A DNA stretch of 38,592 bases from Candidatus Collierbacteria bacterium (GTDB lineage: Bacteria > Patescibacteriota > Microgenomatia > UBA1400 > MFAQ01), in assembly GCA_023245265.1 (NCBI GenBank), contig JAHFKQ010000002.1, positions 1 through 38,592 on the forward strand, read 5' to 3'. Below are positions 1 to 8,381 of this stretch, piece by piece. The notes under the pieces are model-generated. The model worked only from the letters and a program-made list of their open reading frames with translations, did no database searches and was not told where the DNA came from. Positions within the stretch are counted from its first letter, which is position 1. Each line of letters starts with the position of its first letter. The position numbers and the translations under genes were made by a program.

Positions 1-1217
1 CATGGACCGATTCTGTTAGTACTTACGAAAGTTATGGCGAGCAACTACTCGATTTATTCGTTGGTTCAGATCACGATTGGGGTAGCTATGCCTCTGATCA
101 CACTTATACCAAAACCGTCACCGGTACCGGTAGTGCTTTAGATTTTTATATTAATGATGTTTATCCTCAGAATAATAGTGGCTCTTTAGCGGTGACTATC
201 GAAGAGATCACTCCGGAACCTACTTCGGCCACCGTTCATATTTTTAAGTATATTGACGGAGAACAAGCGACCGTCGAAAACGCCGGCGGAGTCAATTTCC
301 CCATGTTCACTTCCACCTACAATGCGCCCTTTACTCTAGGACCGGCAGGATGGACCACCGGCGATATCGCCTATGAAGCTTCTACTTCTCCCATGGCTCT
401 CGGTTCTTCTTATAGTGCCGAAGAAAATTTGAGTACCCCTTTGGTCGGTGGCTCGTGTGATGGTTCTCATCAGTACGCTTTAGTTGGGTACTCCATCGGT
501 AATACTTTACCGTTAGCTCTCCAGTCTATCCCCAGTCTCACTATCCCTAGTTTCACCAATTTAGCGGGCGACAAATATATTGTCGTTAGAAATACTTTAT
601 GTCCGCCTACTAGGACCATCCAGGTTCATATCCTCAAATACTTGGACGGCAAGATGGCCACCTTGGCTAGTTCCAAAGGCTATGCGTTTCCGATGACTGC
701 GACTTGGCGGACGGCCAACCTAAATGGTGGAGTCTCTACTTCCGGGAATTATGTACTTGGCAACTTCCACGGCGGCTCCCTTAACCAATATGGTGCCGAT
801 ACTTCACCCATGAATGTCCCGGCCGATTACACTACTCGAGAAATTACTAACTCGCCGGACAGTAAAGTCGTCACCGATAGGTCTGCCTGTGCTGAGGGGA
901 AATACCTGCTCAAAGGTTATCGCACCAGTAGTGTTGGCTTCGCGGATGCCGCGTTGAAACCCCTCTCAGTTACTGCCCCCGTCTTTACGGCCCTTTCCGC
1001 CGACCAATATGTCATCGTTTCGAACAAATCTTGCCCAGTCAAACGGCACGAAAACCGTGATAATTGTAAAAAAGACGGTTGGAGATCTTTTTCCCACCCT
1101 TCATTCAGGAATCAAGGCCAGTGTGTAAGTTATTTTGAAAAGGAAGACCATGGCCAAAACGACTCCGATGATCAAGAGGAGCACGAAGAAAGAGAGAACA
1201 AATCCGGCCGGTCTTAG
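1..1217 (+). CDS. Secreted/surface beta-rich protein, 5'-truncated at window edge; two tandem homologous domains, a Cys-bracketed C-terminal motif and an acidic tail
   Basis: Frame 3 is open from nt 3 through the track ORF start (192) with no stop, so the gene begins upstream of the window. Stop TAG is at 1215-1217. The protein is rich in T/S/G/N/Y and has no hydrophobic core segments. C-terminus: CKKDGWRSFSHPSFRNQGQCVSY followed by a D/E/H-rich tail. Confidence 0.6.
   Translation, partial: WTDSVSTYESYGEQLLDLFVGSDHDWGSYASDHTYTKTVTGTGSALDFYINDVYPQNNSGSLAVTIEEITPEPTSATVHIFKYIDGEQATVENAGGVNFPMFTSTYNAPFTLGPAGWTTGDIAYEASTSPMALGSSYSAEENLSTPLVGGSCDGSHQYALVGYSIGNTLPLALQSIPSLTIPSFTNLAGDKYIVVRNTLCPPTRTIQVHILKYLDGKMATLASSKGYAFPMTATWRTANLNGGVSTSGNYVLGNFHGGSLNQYGADTSPMNVPADYTTREITNSPDSKVVTDRSACAEGKYLLKGYRTSSVGFADAALKPLSVTAPVFTALSADQYVIVSNKSCPVKRHENRDNCKKDGWRSFSHPSFRNQGQCVSYFEKEDHGQNDSDDQEEHEERENKSGRS
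234..1037 (+). repeat. Intragenic tandem domain duplication (repeat 1 nt 234-605, repeat 2 nt 624-1037)
   Basis: Both copies open with VHI(F/L)KY(I/L)DG(E/K)xAT...(F)PM and close with D(K/Q)Y(I/V)(V/I)V(R/S)Nxx CP. They diverge in the middle, so this is a protein-level duplication and not a DNA-level repeat. Confidence 0.7.
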
Positions 1218-1249
1218 CGCTACAGGCTATATTCAACTTAAACCTCTTG

Positions 1250-1258
1250 TGCCATAAT
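1250..1258 (+). promoter_or_regulatory. Extended -10 box TGcCATAAT, 9 nt upstream of ATG 1268
   Basis: Read directly. No purine-rich SD lies between the box and the ATG. Confidence 0.4.
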
Positions 1259-1267
1259 GAATTAGTT

Positions 1268-2161
1268 ATGGCGCACCCTGCTCACACTTTATTCTTGCCC
1301 CATCCTCACAATAATCACAAAGCGAAGATTCTTTGGCCTCGTTCCATTCTGATTCTCATCGGTCTTTTTATCATGGGTCGTTCAATCGTCGATATTACTA
1401 TTGGCCTTCTCCCCGGAGTACTCGGTTATGCCTCGCAGATTGATCCGGCCAAAGTTATTGAACTTACTAACCTCGAGCGTCAGAGTGCCGGCTTGGGGAC
1501 TGTCTCGTATAACGCCGATCTCTCTCAAGCCGCCGCCGCCAAGGCCGCCGATATGTTTGCCCATAATTACTGGGCCCATGTTTCACCGACCGGTACCGAA
1601 CCTTGGTCTTTTATCAGTAATGCCGGCTATAAATATCAACACGCCGGCGAAAATCTGGCTCGGGATTTTAGTAATCCAAAAGATGTTGTTTCGGCCTGGA
1701 TGGCTTCACCGACTCACAAAAAGAATTTGCTTGACAGTCGCTATAAAGATATTGGTATTGCCGTTATGGATGGATATATCAATGGGGTCGAAACCACTCT
1801 GGTGGTTCAAATGTTTGGCACGCCTCTGACTTCGGTTGCCCGGATTACTTCCGACACTGTCGAAGCTAAAACGGTCTTGGCCAGCGATAAGGTAGCTCCC
1901 GCCACCGCTCTCGTCGTGGAAACCAAACCCACGCCCGTCGGAGAAAAACTCATCCCCTCGGCCGGCATTTCTCCCTTGGACCTCAATCGTTCTTGGTCTC
2001 TCGCTTTTGTCGTTCTGATTTTATTCGCCCTCAGTCTGGACTGGATCTTTGTTCTTCGTTACAACATCATCCGGATCTCCGGTAAAAACTGGGCTCATCT
2101 TACCTACTTCATCGCTCTAGCCGCCATCCTCATTATCATTCGTCAAGGCATTATTCTATGA
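1268..2161 (+). CDS. Membrane-anchored CAP/SCP (PR-1, YkwD-like) domain protein
   Basis: CAP-domain signatures: NLERQSAGL..., AAKAADMFAHNYWAHVSPTG, GENLA, WMASPTHKKNLLDSRYKDIGIAV. There is an N-terminal TM (ILILIGLFIMG) and C-terminal TM segments. ATG 1268 is preferred over the track's TTG 1247 because of the -10 box at 1253-1258. Confidence 0.75.
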   Translation: MAHPAHTLFLPHPHNNHKAKILWPRSILILIGLFIMGRSIVDITIGLLPGVLGYASQIDPAKVIELTNLERQSAGLGTVSYNADLSQAAAAKAADMFAHNYWAHVSPTGTEPWSFISNAGYKYQHAGENLARDFSNPKDVVSAWMASPTHKKNLLDSRYKDIGIAVMDGYINGVETTLVVQMFGTPLTSVARITSDTVEAKTVLASDKVAPATALVVETKPTPVGEKLIPSAGISPLDLNRSWSLAFVVLILFALSLDWIFVLRYNIIRISGKNWAHLTYFIALAAILIIIRQGIIL

Positions 2162-2409
2162 AAAAGCCCCTCAGACACATTTTTGATTATCTTATTCTGA
2201 GTTTCCTCATGTCGATTGCGGTTTTATTAACTTTGGTTTTCAATGGTAATCGACTTTATCAGACCATCATTATTATCTCCACTTCTCTGCTTTATATTTT
2301 TTGGGGGCTTTTCCATCATCAAAAGGAGGGTAGCCTTCATCCCCAGGTCATCTGGGAATACTTTTTGTACGCTCTTTTGGGTTCGGTTCTGGTCTTGGGA
2401 CTCCTTTAA
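2158..2409 (+). CDS. Small hypothetical membrane protein (about 3 TM)
   Basis: ATGA start/stop overlap with the upstream gene (2158-2161). Three hydrophobic helices. No recognisable family. Confidence 0.5.
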   Translation: MKKPLRHIFDYLILSFLMSIAVLLTLVFNGNRLYQTIIIISTSLLYIFWGLFHHQKEGSLHPQVIWEYFLYALLGSVLVLGLL

Positions 2410-2417
2410 GCTTGGGG

Positions 2418-2423
2418 TATAAT
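2418..2423 (+). promoter_or_regulatory. -10 box TATAAT (context GGGGTATAATT), 8 nt upstream of rmlA ATG 2432
   Basis: Read directly. The same 11-mer recurs at 4158-4168. Confidence 0.45.
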
Positions 2424-2431
2424 TGGAATCT

Positions 2432-3157
2432 ATGAAAGGAATTGTCTTAGCCGGTGGCCGCGCCACCCGTCTCCGTCCGCTTACTTGGGTCATTAGTAAA
2501 CAACTCTTACCTGTTTACAACAAGCCCATGATTTACTATCCCATCGAGACCCTGGTTCGGGCCGGTATCGATGACATCTTGATTATTCTTTCTCCCGAGA
2601 ACTCAGGTTTGTTTCTTAATCTCTTGGGCACTGGAGAACAGTTTGGGGCTCACTTCAGTTATGCTATCCAAAAAGAGCCTCGCGGTTTAGCCGAAGCTTT
2701 TGTTATTGGTGAAGACTTTATCGGTAAGGATGATGTCACCATGATTTTGGGAGACAACATCTTTGATGAAGATTTTTCCGAGAAAATTAAGAACTTCAAA
2801 TCCGGTGGTCAAATTTACATCAAAAAACTTCCAACCATGGAGGAAGTCAAGCGGTTTGGCGTCGTCGAAATTGATGAGAACAACACAGTTTTGAGTATCG
2901 AAGAAAAGCCGGAACACCCCAAATCTATGTTCGTTTCGACCGGTATTTACACCTTTGATCATCGTGTTTGCGAAATCGCTAAAAATCTAAAGCCTTCTGC
3001 CAGGGGCGAGATCGAGATTAGTGGTAATCCCAGCGTCAGTAACACTTTCCTAGAGAAAGGGGAACTCAAAGCTTTCGTTTTTGATAGTTACTGGCAAGAT
3101 GCTGGCACTTTCGATAGTCTCCTCGAAGCTGCCAATCATATGGCCGAAAAAAATTAA
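2432..3157 (+). CDS. rmlA: Glucose-1-phosphate thymidylyltransferase (short-form sugar nucleotidyltransferase)
   Basis: N-terminal MKGIVLAGGRATRLRPLT (G-G-x-x-T-R-L-x-P-L-T nucleotidyltransferase motif). Also YPIETL..AGI.DILII, ILGDNIF and EKPEHPKS. It sits first in an rmlABCD block. ATG 2432 is preferred over TTG 2423. Confidence 0.85.
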   Translation: MKGIVLAGGRATRLRPLTWVISKQLLPVYNKPMIYYPIETLVRAGIDDILIILSPENSGLFLNLLGTGEQFGAHFSYAIQKEPRGLAEAFVIGEDFIGKDDVTMILGDNIFDEDFSEKIKNFKSGGQIYIKKLPTMEEVKRFGVVEIDENNTVLSIEEKPEHPKSMFVSTGIYTFDHRVCEIAKNLKPSARGEIEISGNPSVSNTFLEKGELKAFVFDSYWQDAGTFDSLLEAANHMAEKN

Positions 3158-3159
3158 AT

Positions 3160-4149
3160 ATGAAAATCTTAGTTACAGGAGGCGCCGGCTTTATCGGGTC
3201 CAACTTTATTCACTACTGGCTGGCCAAATATCCGGCCGACAGTATAGTTAATCTCGACCTGCTTACCTATGCCGGCCACCTCAGTTCTCTGTCCGATATC
3301 GAAAATGACCCCCGATACTCGTTTATCCAAGGCGATATTACCGACGCCGTCACAGTCGAAAAAGCCATCACGGGCGTGGACTTGATCGTTCATTTTGCTG
3401 CCGAATCTCATGTCGACCGTTCTATTCTGGACCCTCTGGTCTTTGTCCGAACCAATGTCCTGGGCACTCAGATCCTCCTGGAAGCCGCCCGGAAACACTC
3501 GGTGCGCTTTCACCATGTGGGCACGGACGAGGTTTTTGGCGCTCTACCCCTGGAAAGTGATCTCAAATTCACCGAATCGACCCCCTATGACCCCCGCAGT
3601 CCCTATTCGGCCTCCAAGGCCGCCTCAGATCACTTGGTTCGTGCCTACTTCCACACCTTTGGCTTACCCATTACCATTACCAACTGCAGCAACAACTTTG
3701 GGCCCTTCCAGGACCCCGAGAAGTTCATCTCCCGCATGATCACCAATCTTCTGACCGGTCAAAAGGTCAAGGTCTATGGTGATGGAAAATATGTGCGTGA
3801 CTGGCTCTTTGTCGAGGATCACTGCCGGGCCATCGACGAGGTGGTGCACCGCGGCCAGGTAGGGGAAACCTATCTCGTGGGCGGCCTGACCGAAGACTTT
3901 AACAATCTTGAAATTACCCGTAAAGTGCTTCAAATCATGGGCAAAGACGACTCCGAAATTGAGTTCGTGACTGACCGTCCCGGGCACGACCGCCGTTATG
4001 CGGTGGACTGGTCCAAAATCCAGCGAGAGCTTGGCTGGGAGCCCACCAAGGACTTTGACGCGTGCCTAAAAGCCACGGTAGATTGGTACCAGGCCCACGA
4101 AGACTGGTGGAAACCCCTCAAGGCTCAATCGGAGGCTATTTACAAGTAG
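3160..4149 (+). CDS. rmlB: dTDP-glucose 4,6-dehydratase
   Basis: MKILVTGGAGFIGSNF Rossmann motif and the YSASKAASDHLVRAY (YxxxK) catalytic motif. Also DRPGHDRRYAVD and a length of 329 aa. Confidence 0.95.
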   Translation: MKILVTGGAGFIGSNFIHYWLAKYPADSIVNLDLLTYAGHLSSLSDIENDPRYSFIQGDITDAVTVEKAITGVDLIVHFAAESHVDRSILDPLVFVRTNVLGTQILLEAARKHSVRFHHVGTDEVFGALPLESDLKFTESTPYDPRSPYSASKAASDHLVRAYFHTFGLPITITNCSNNFGPFQDPEKFISRMITNLLTGQKVKVYGDGKYVRDWLFVEDHCRAIDEVVHRGQVGETYLVGGLTEDFNNLEITRKVLQIMGKDDSEIEFVTDRPGHDRRYAVDWSKIQRELGWEPTKDFDACLKATVDWYQAHEDWWKPLKAQSEAIYK

Positions 4150-4161
4150 TCCTTATAGGGG

Positions 4162-4167
4162 TATAAT
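4162..4167 (+). promoter_or_regulatory. -10 box TATAAT (context GGGGTATAATT), 9 nt upstream of rmlC ATG 4177
   Basis: Read directly in the 27-nt rmlB-rmlC spacer. Confidence 0.45.
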
Positions 4168-4176
4168 TTACGAGTT

Positions 4177-4740
4177 ATGGGACTTAAGAAAATCAAGCAC
4201 GAAGCCATCTCGCTGCCCAAAAAGACTAAACTCTACCGTCAAACGTACGAGAAGGCTCCTGGGATCGAAAATGTTCACCTTTTGAAGGTCAACACTTTTG
4301 CCGATGATTTTGGTGGCTGGTTTAAGGAAACCATGCGGCTTGACCCCAAAGGGCACATTGTAGCCTTAAAAGAACTAGGCGTCTCGTTTCGCCCGGTTCA
4401 GGCCAATACTTCCTTCCTGGCCCCGAAGACCAAGCGTTTTTGGCACATCCACTTTAGCCAAAATGAGATCTGGACTACCAACGGCACTATTGTTCTTGGT
4501 CTAATCGACTATCGCCCGGAATCTCCTTCTTACCAAACCAAGATGAAGATCGTCCTTTCGGCCGACAAACTCATCTATATCCCCGCCGGTGTGGCTCATG
4601 GGTTCATCAATCCGACCCAGGACTTTGTTACCCTCAACTACTTTACCGACCAGTTCTTCGTGGCTAATGAGAATACGCAGGAATGCCGTATCGATCCTAA
4701 AGATGTTTCCTACGACTTCGTAAAACCTGAGATAATGTAA
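4177..4740 (+). CDS. rmlC: dTDP-4-dehydrorhamnose 3,5-epimerase-like cupin
   Basis: RmlC-type motifs: FADDFGGWFKE, FWHIHFSQNEIW, GLIDYRPESPSY, IYIPAGVAHGF. About 187 aa. Located between rmlB and rmlD. Confidence 0.8.
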   Translation: MGLKKIKHEAISLPKKTKLYRQTYEKAPGIENVHLLKVNTFADDFGGWFKETMRLDPKGHIVALKELGVSFRPVQANTSFLAPKTKRFWHIHFSQNEIWTTNGTIVLGLIDYRPESPSYQTKMKIVLSADKLIYIPAGVAHGFINPTQDFVTLNYFTDQFFVANENTQECRIDPKDVSYDFVKPEIM

Positions 4741-4742
4741 GG

Positions 4743-5657
4743 ATGTCTAAAATCAAAGTCTTGGTCACCGGAGCTTCCGGTTTAGTGGGATCCCGTTTTA
4801 TCGAACTATTTTCCACCCGTTTCAATTTTGTTACTCCCGGCTACCCTGAGTTTGATATGACCAATGCGGACCAAGTGCGTGAAGTAATCGAAAAAGAGAA
4901 CCCCGACTGGTTAGTAAATTTTGCGGCCTTTACCGATGTTAACGGCGCCGAAACTCAGACCGGTGATGAAAAGGGTTCCGCTTGGCTGGCCAATGTTGAG
5001 GGTGTTCGCAACCTTACTGCCGCTTTCAAATCCAAAAATTTCATCCAAATCTCCACTGATATGGTTTTCCCGGGGGACTTAAGTCAGCCCGGTCCTTATG
5101 CCGAAACGGAACTACCTCCCGAAACCAATGAAAAATTGACTTGGTATGGTTGGACCAAAAATCGCGCCGAAAAAATCGTTAAAGAAAGAGGCGGTACTAT
5201 TCTCCGTATCATCTATCCCGTGCGCGCCCACTACGATGCCAAACTAGACTATATCCGTGGCGCCCTCAAAAAATACGCCGATGGTAAGATGTACCCTTTA
5301 TTTAACGATCAGCAAATTTGTATCGCTTTTATTGATCAGATTGCCGACACTTTGACCAAAATTATCGAGACCGACTCTCACGGTGTCTTCCATTGCGCTT
5401 CCGACACCACGACTCCTTATGAATTAATTACTTATGTGGTTGATCAGCTGGGAGCCGATGCTTCCGTCATCAAGTCGGCCTCCATCGCCGAGTTCTTAAA
5501 AACCCAAGCCAACCCCAATCGATACCCTGTCTGGGGAGGTTTGAAAACAGTTCTCACCGAAGAAGCTTTAGAAACTCATTTTTCCACTTGGCAAACCATC
5601 GTAGAGTTACTTATCGGTCAAGGACTCACTATACCTGCCCCCGAAGTGTCGAAGTAA
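4743..5657 (+). CDS. rmlD: dTDP-4-dehydrorhamnose reductase-like SDR
   Basis: VLVTGASGLVGSRF Rossmann motif and a YGWTKNRAEK (YxxxK) motif. About 300 aa. Last gene of the rml block. Confidence 0.8.
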   Translation: MSKIKVLVTGASGLVGSRFIELFSTRFNFVTPGYPEFDMTNADQVREVIEKENPDWLVNFAAFTDVNGAETQTGDEKGSAWLANVEGVRNLTAAFKSKNFIQISTDMVFPGDLSQPGPYAETELPPETNEKLTWYGWTKNRAEKIVKERGGTILRIIYPVRAHYDAKLDYIRGALKKYADGKMYPLFNDQQICIAFIDQIADTLTKIIETDSHGVFHCASDTTTPYELITYVVDQLGADASVIKSASIAEFLKTQANPNRYPVWGGLKTVLTEEALETHFSTWQTIVELLIGQGLTIPAPEVSK

Positions 5658-5665
5658 TAATCGTA

Positions 5666-5671
5666 TATACT
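5666..5671 (+). promoter_or_regulatory. -10 box TATACT, 8 nt upstream of ATG 5680
   Basis: Read directly in the 22-nt spacer after rmlD. Confidence 0.4.
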
Positions 5672-5679
5672 ATCAGTAG

Positions 5680-6495
5680 ATGACCTCACCTCATGTCATC
5701 CTCGCTAAGTCGGGGATCCATAAAATATTTCCATATTTTTTTGCTCTCTCTTTATTCATATTTTCCGGTGTTGTTGCTCCCTTAGTTTTGGCCAGTGCCA
5801 AGACCGATTATGAGTACCAATATGGCCAGTACCGTCTTCACTACCCGGAGTACAAACTTCTCAAGGCAGACTATCTCGCTACCCCCAGTCTAGACAATCA
5901 ACAAAAAACCCTTCTGGCGGCCAAACAAACTATTTACTCTCGGGATTTGGCCAAAGCTTCTTTCGCTTGGTACTTGATGGATCTCGTCGCAGGGACTCAA
6001 GCCAATTACGAACCTTTAAGACCAATTGTCTCCTCTCTCGCGGCCAGTCGGGAATTTTATCTTCAGGAATCACAGCAATCCCAAAGTGTCGTGACCCAAG
6101 AAGATTTAAAAAAGTTTACCGAAGCCTATTTGAAAGCCGTTCCTCATCATGATCGGATGATTAAATTTGGGATCCTGGGTCATAAGCTTGCCACTCTGGT
6201 TCGGCTCCAAACAGACTCTAAGAATGCTTTGGATTCTTTAATCCCCAGATTACCCAGCACTTTACCGGCCACTTTGACTGCCAGAATTCAAGAACTCCGG
6301 GACTCGGCCAAAATCATTGATGCCAAAATTGATCTTTTGGCCAAAAATCTAAATATAGCTGAGGATGAGGTTGCCGCCGATGCGGAAATCTTTTTCACTT
6401 CCCGAGTGGAGAAACTGGCCGAAATCCGCACTCTTCAGTTGGACTGGATTAACCGCCTTATCGATATCGAAAAAAACTATGCCCAATCTAACTGA
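5680..6495 (+). CDS. Hypothetical signal-anchored, helical (coiled-coil-like) envelope protein
   Basis: N-terminal hydrophobic segment FPYFFALSLFIFSGVVAPLVLASA followed by a helical Q/K/L/A-rich sequence. No family recognised. Confidence 0.5.
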   Translation: MTSPHVILAKSGIHKIFPYFFALSLFIFSGVVAPLVLASAKTDYEYQYGQYRLHYPEYKLLKADYLATPSLDNQQKTLLAAKQTIYSRDLAKASFAWYLMDLVAGTQANYEPLRPIVSSLAASREFYLQESQQSQSVVTQEDLKKFTEAYLKAVPHHDRMIKFGILGHKLATLVRLQTDSKNALDSLIPRLPSTLPATLTARIQELRDSAKIIDAKIDLLAKNLNIAEDEVAADAEIFFTSRVEKLAEIRTLQLDWINRLIDIEKNYAQSN

Positions 6496-6844
6496 CAAAA
6501 TCACCAATCCGGAAGCCATCAAATTAATAAACGATCTCAAAAGTGGTGCCCTTTGGCAGCCGTTTAAGATTAAGTTAATTCAATATAAGTGGTATTTGAT
6601 AAGTGGGGGAGTGGCCCTTTTCCTTCTCCTGGCTCTCTTTGTCGGCAAAGCCTTTTTTGGTCGGTCGACCGCTCCGGTCTTTCTTCCTCCGGATATTGGC
6701 CTACCTCAGCCGACGGCCGAAACGACCTTTGTTTCCGCTTATGAGCCGATTCGTCAAAATATCCTAAACTTCGGCACCGAACTACCGGATCCTATTATTC
6801 CTCCTTTTGATAATGTTATTAACCTAGAAAGTGATAATATATAA
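6479..6844 (+). CDS. Hypothetical single-pass membrane protein
   Basis: The track ORF 6365-6844 overlaps the upstream gene by 131 nt. The in-frame ATG at 6479 (MPNLTDK...) reduces the overlap to 17 nt. One TM (WYLISGGVALFLLLALFVG) is followed by a Pro-rich tail. Confidence 0.5.
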   Translation: MPNLTDKITNPEAIKLINDLKSGALWQPFKIKLIQYKWYLISGGVALFLLLALFVGKAFFGRSTAPVFLPPDIGLPQPTAETTFVSAYEPIRQNILNFGTELPDPIIPPFDNVINLESDNI

Positions 6845-6847
6845 ACT

Positions 6848-7582
6848 ATGGCAAAATCAACCTCTAAAAAAACCATTACTAAGAAATCCGTTCCTATGAA
6901 AGAATCAAAAACCAAAGCCGCCAAGTCGGTTCGAGTTATTAAAAAACTGCGTGCCCTCAGTAAAGAGGCGGTTTCCGAGTCTCCAAGTGTTCGTCGTTCA
7001 CCCTTTGGCTTTTTGACCAAGCTTGTTTTGATCATTGCTCTTGGTTCGCTTCTTTTCTTACTGGCTCAGAAGTATCGTGGTCATCTTATAGCCGGAACCA
7101 TCAATTCCGTCCCTGTTTCCCGTTACGAGTTGAATCAAAAAATGGTGGAGAAATACGGCAAACAAACTTTTGACGAAATTGTTTCCGAGAGATTATTGAT
7201 TCAGGAACTTAAGAAAAATAAAATTTCGGTGACAGAAAAAGAGGTGAGTGATGAAATGGCCAAAATTGTCAAAGACTACGGTGGTGAAGAGGCCTTCAAA
7301 GCGGCTCTTAGTCAATATAATTTGACAGAAGCCAAAGCCAAAGATTCAATTAATCAAAGTTTGGCTCTTAAGAAGTTGATTGAGAAGTCATACAAAATTG
7401 AAATCACCGATGAAGCCATCAAGAAGTATTTTGACGATAATAAGACTATGTTTGCAGGCAAGAAATTAGAGGATGTTAAGGCCGACATCAAGGATACCCT
7501 TTATCAGCAAGAAGTTTACGCCAAGACTCAAGAATGGTTTGCCGGTATTCGCAAAACAGCCAAAGTAGTCAGCTTTATCTAA
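6848..7582 (+). CDS. Membrane-anchored SurA-N/PrsA-like chaperone domain protein (no obvious PPIase domain)
   Basis: Lys-rich N-terminus and one TM. The remainder, INSVPVSRYELNQKMVEKYG...ERLLIQELKK...EFKAALSQYNLTEAKAKD...ALKKLIE, is typical of SurA N-terminal/PrsA foldase helical domains. Confidence 0.6.
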   Translation: MAKSTSKKTITKKSVPMKESKTKAAKSVRVIKKLRALSKEAVSESPSVRRSPFGFLTKLVLIIALGSLLFLLAQKYRGHLIAGTINSVPVSRYELNQKMVEKYGKQTFDEIVSERLLIQELKKNKISVTEKEVSDEMAKIVKDYGGEEAFKAALSQYNLTEAKAKDSINQSLALKKLIEKSYKIEITDEAIKKYFDDNKTMFAGKKLEDVKADIKDTLYQQEVYAKTQEWFAGIRKTAKVVSFI

Positions 7583-7583
7583 A

Positions 7584-8381
7584 GTGAAACTAACTGCCCA
7601 AAAAAAAGAAATTACCAAGTTACTCTCCACACTTAGCGGTCGGCATTGGTTAGTCCCAATGATGACCGCCTTGTTGGTTTTAATTTTAACTATCGCCGCT
7701 GTTGTTCTTACTAAAAATGCTCAAAATTCTAAAGTAGTTCCTTCTTCCCAAACCGCTACTATTTTACCTTCCGAAAGTATCTCGTTACCAAAACCGGATT
7801 TGCGTAGTGGTAACTCCATCGAAGCCGTCCTCAAAAATCGTCGTTCCAGACGCGATTATCAAGATAGCTCGCTCTCTCTTAAACAAGTTTCTCAAATGCT
7901 TTGGGCGGCTCAGGGGGTGACGGTCGATTGGGGTGGTCGGACTACTCCATCTGCCAAATCTACTTATCCTCTTTCGGTCTATCTCATTGCCTCCAAAGTC
8001 GAAGGTTTGGATCCGGGCGAATACCAATATATTCCCGGAGATAGATCCCCGGTTCATGCCCTTAATCCCATAAAAAAGGTTGAGCTTCAAAAAGCCTTAT
8101 ACGAAGCGGTCAATGAGAGTTCTTTCAAGTCGGCTCCCGCTGTCCTTATCATCACCGGCAGTATGGGTAAGATGGCCGAAGCTTATGGCGGTCTGCCTCA
8201 CGACAAAGAAGTCTATCTTGAAGCCGGCCATGCTGCTCAAAATCTTTATCTCCAGGCCGAGAGTTTACATCTTGGTATGGTCACTATTACCTCATTCTCC
8301 GATATCAAGGTCAAGGATCTGGTCACGATTCCATCTTCAGAAACTCTTATTTACTTAATTCCCTTTGGGATACCAAAATAA
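7584..8381 (+). CDS. Membrane-anchored SagB/ThcOx-type nitroreductase-family dehydrogenase
   Basis: GTG start 1 nt after the upstream stop. N-terminal TM (WLVPMMTALLVLILTIAAVVL). Then RRSRRDY...LSLKQVSQMLWAAQGVT...YPLSVYL...EYQYIP...VYLEAGHAAQNLYLQAESLHLG, characteristic of SagB-type/nitroreductase folds. Confidence 0.7.
   Translation: MKLTAQKKEITKLLSTLSGRHWLVPMMTALLVLILTIAAVVLTKNAQNSKVVPSSQTATILPSESISLPKPDLRSGNSIEAVLKNRRSRRDYQDSSLSLKQVSQMLWAAQGVTVDWGGRTTPSAKSTYPLSVYLIASKVEGLDPGEYQYIPGDRSPVHALNPIKKVELQKALYEAVNESSFKSAPAVLIITGSMGKMAEAYGGLPHDKEVYLEAGHAAQNLYLQAESLHLGMVTITSFSDIKVKDLVTIPSSETLIYLIPFGIPK

Noticed and set aside
1382-1829. Overlapping alternative-frame or antisense ORFs in the supplied track, here and elsewhere. 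Examples: 2227-2493(-), 2687-2962(-), 3169-3516(-), 3395-3739, 3664-3987(-), 7785-8090(-), 10360-10650(-), 11162-11431(-), 17848-18201, 18678-18992(-), 20074-20400(-), 20633-20977, 22091-22465, 23331-23705(-), 23877-24311(-), 24940-25296(-), 28868-29230(-), 31439-31669(-).
   Set aside because: Each lies entirely inside, or mostly overlaps, a longer ORF with clear family motifs. Their translations are low-complexity (R/P/S/G-rich) with no recognisable domain. They are shadow ORFs.
4735-4745. AAGGA directly before the rmlD ATG (4743), as a possible Shine-Dalgarno site.
   Set aside because: It abuts the start codon with essentially zero spacing and overlaps the rmlC stop codon. No comparable purine tract occurs before any other gene, so it is probably coincidental.
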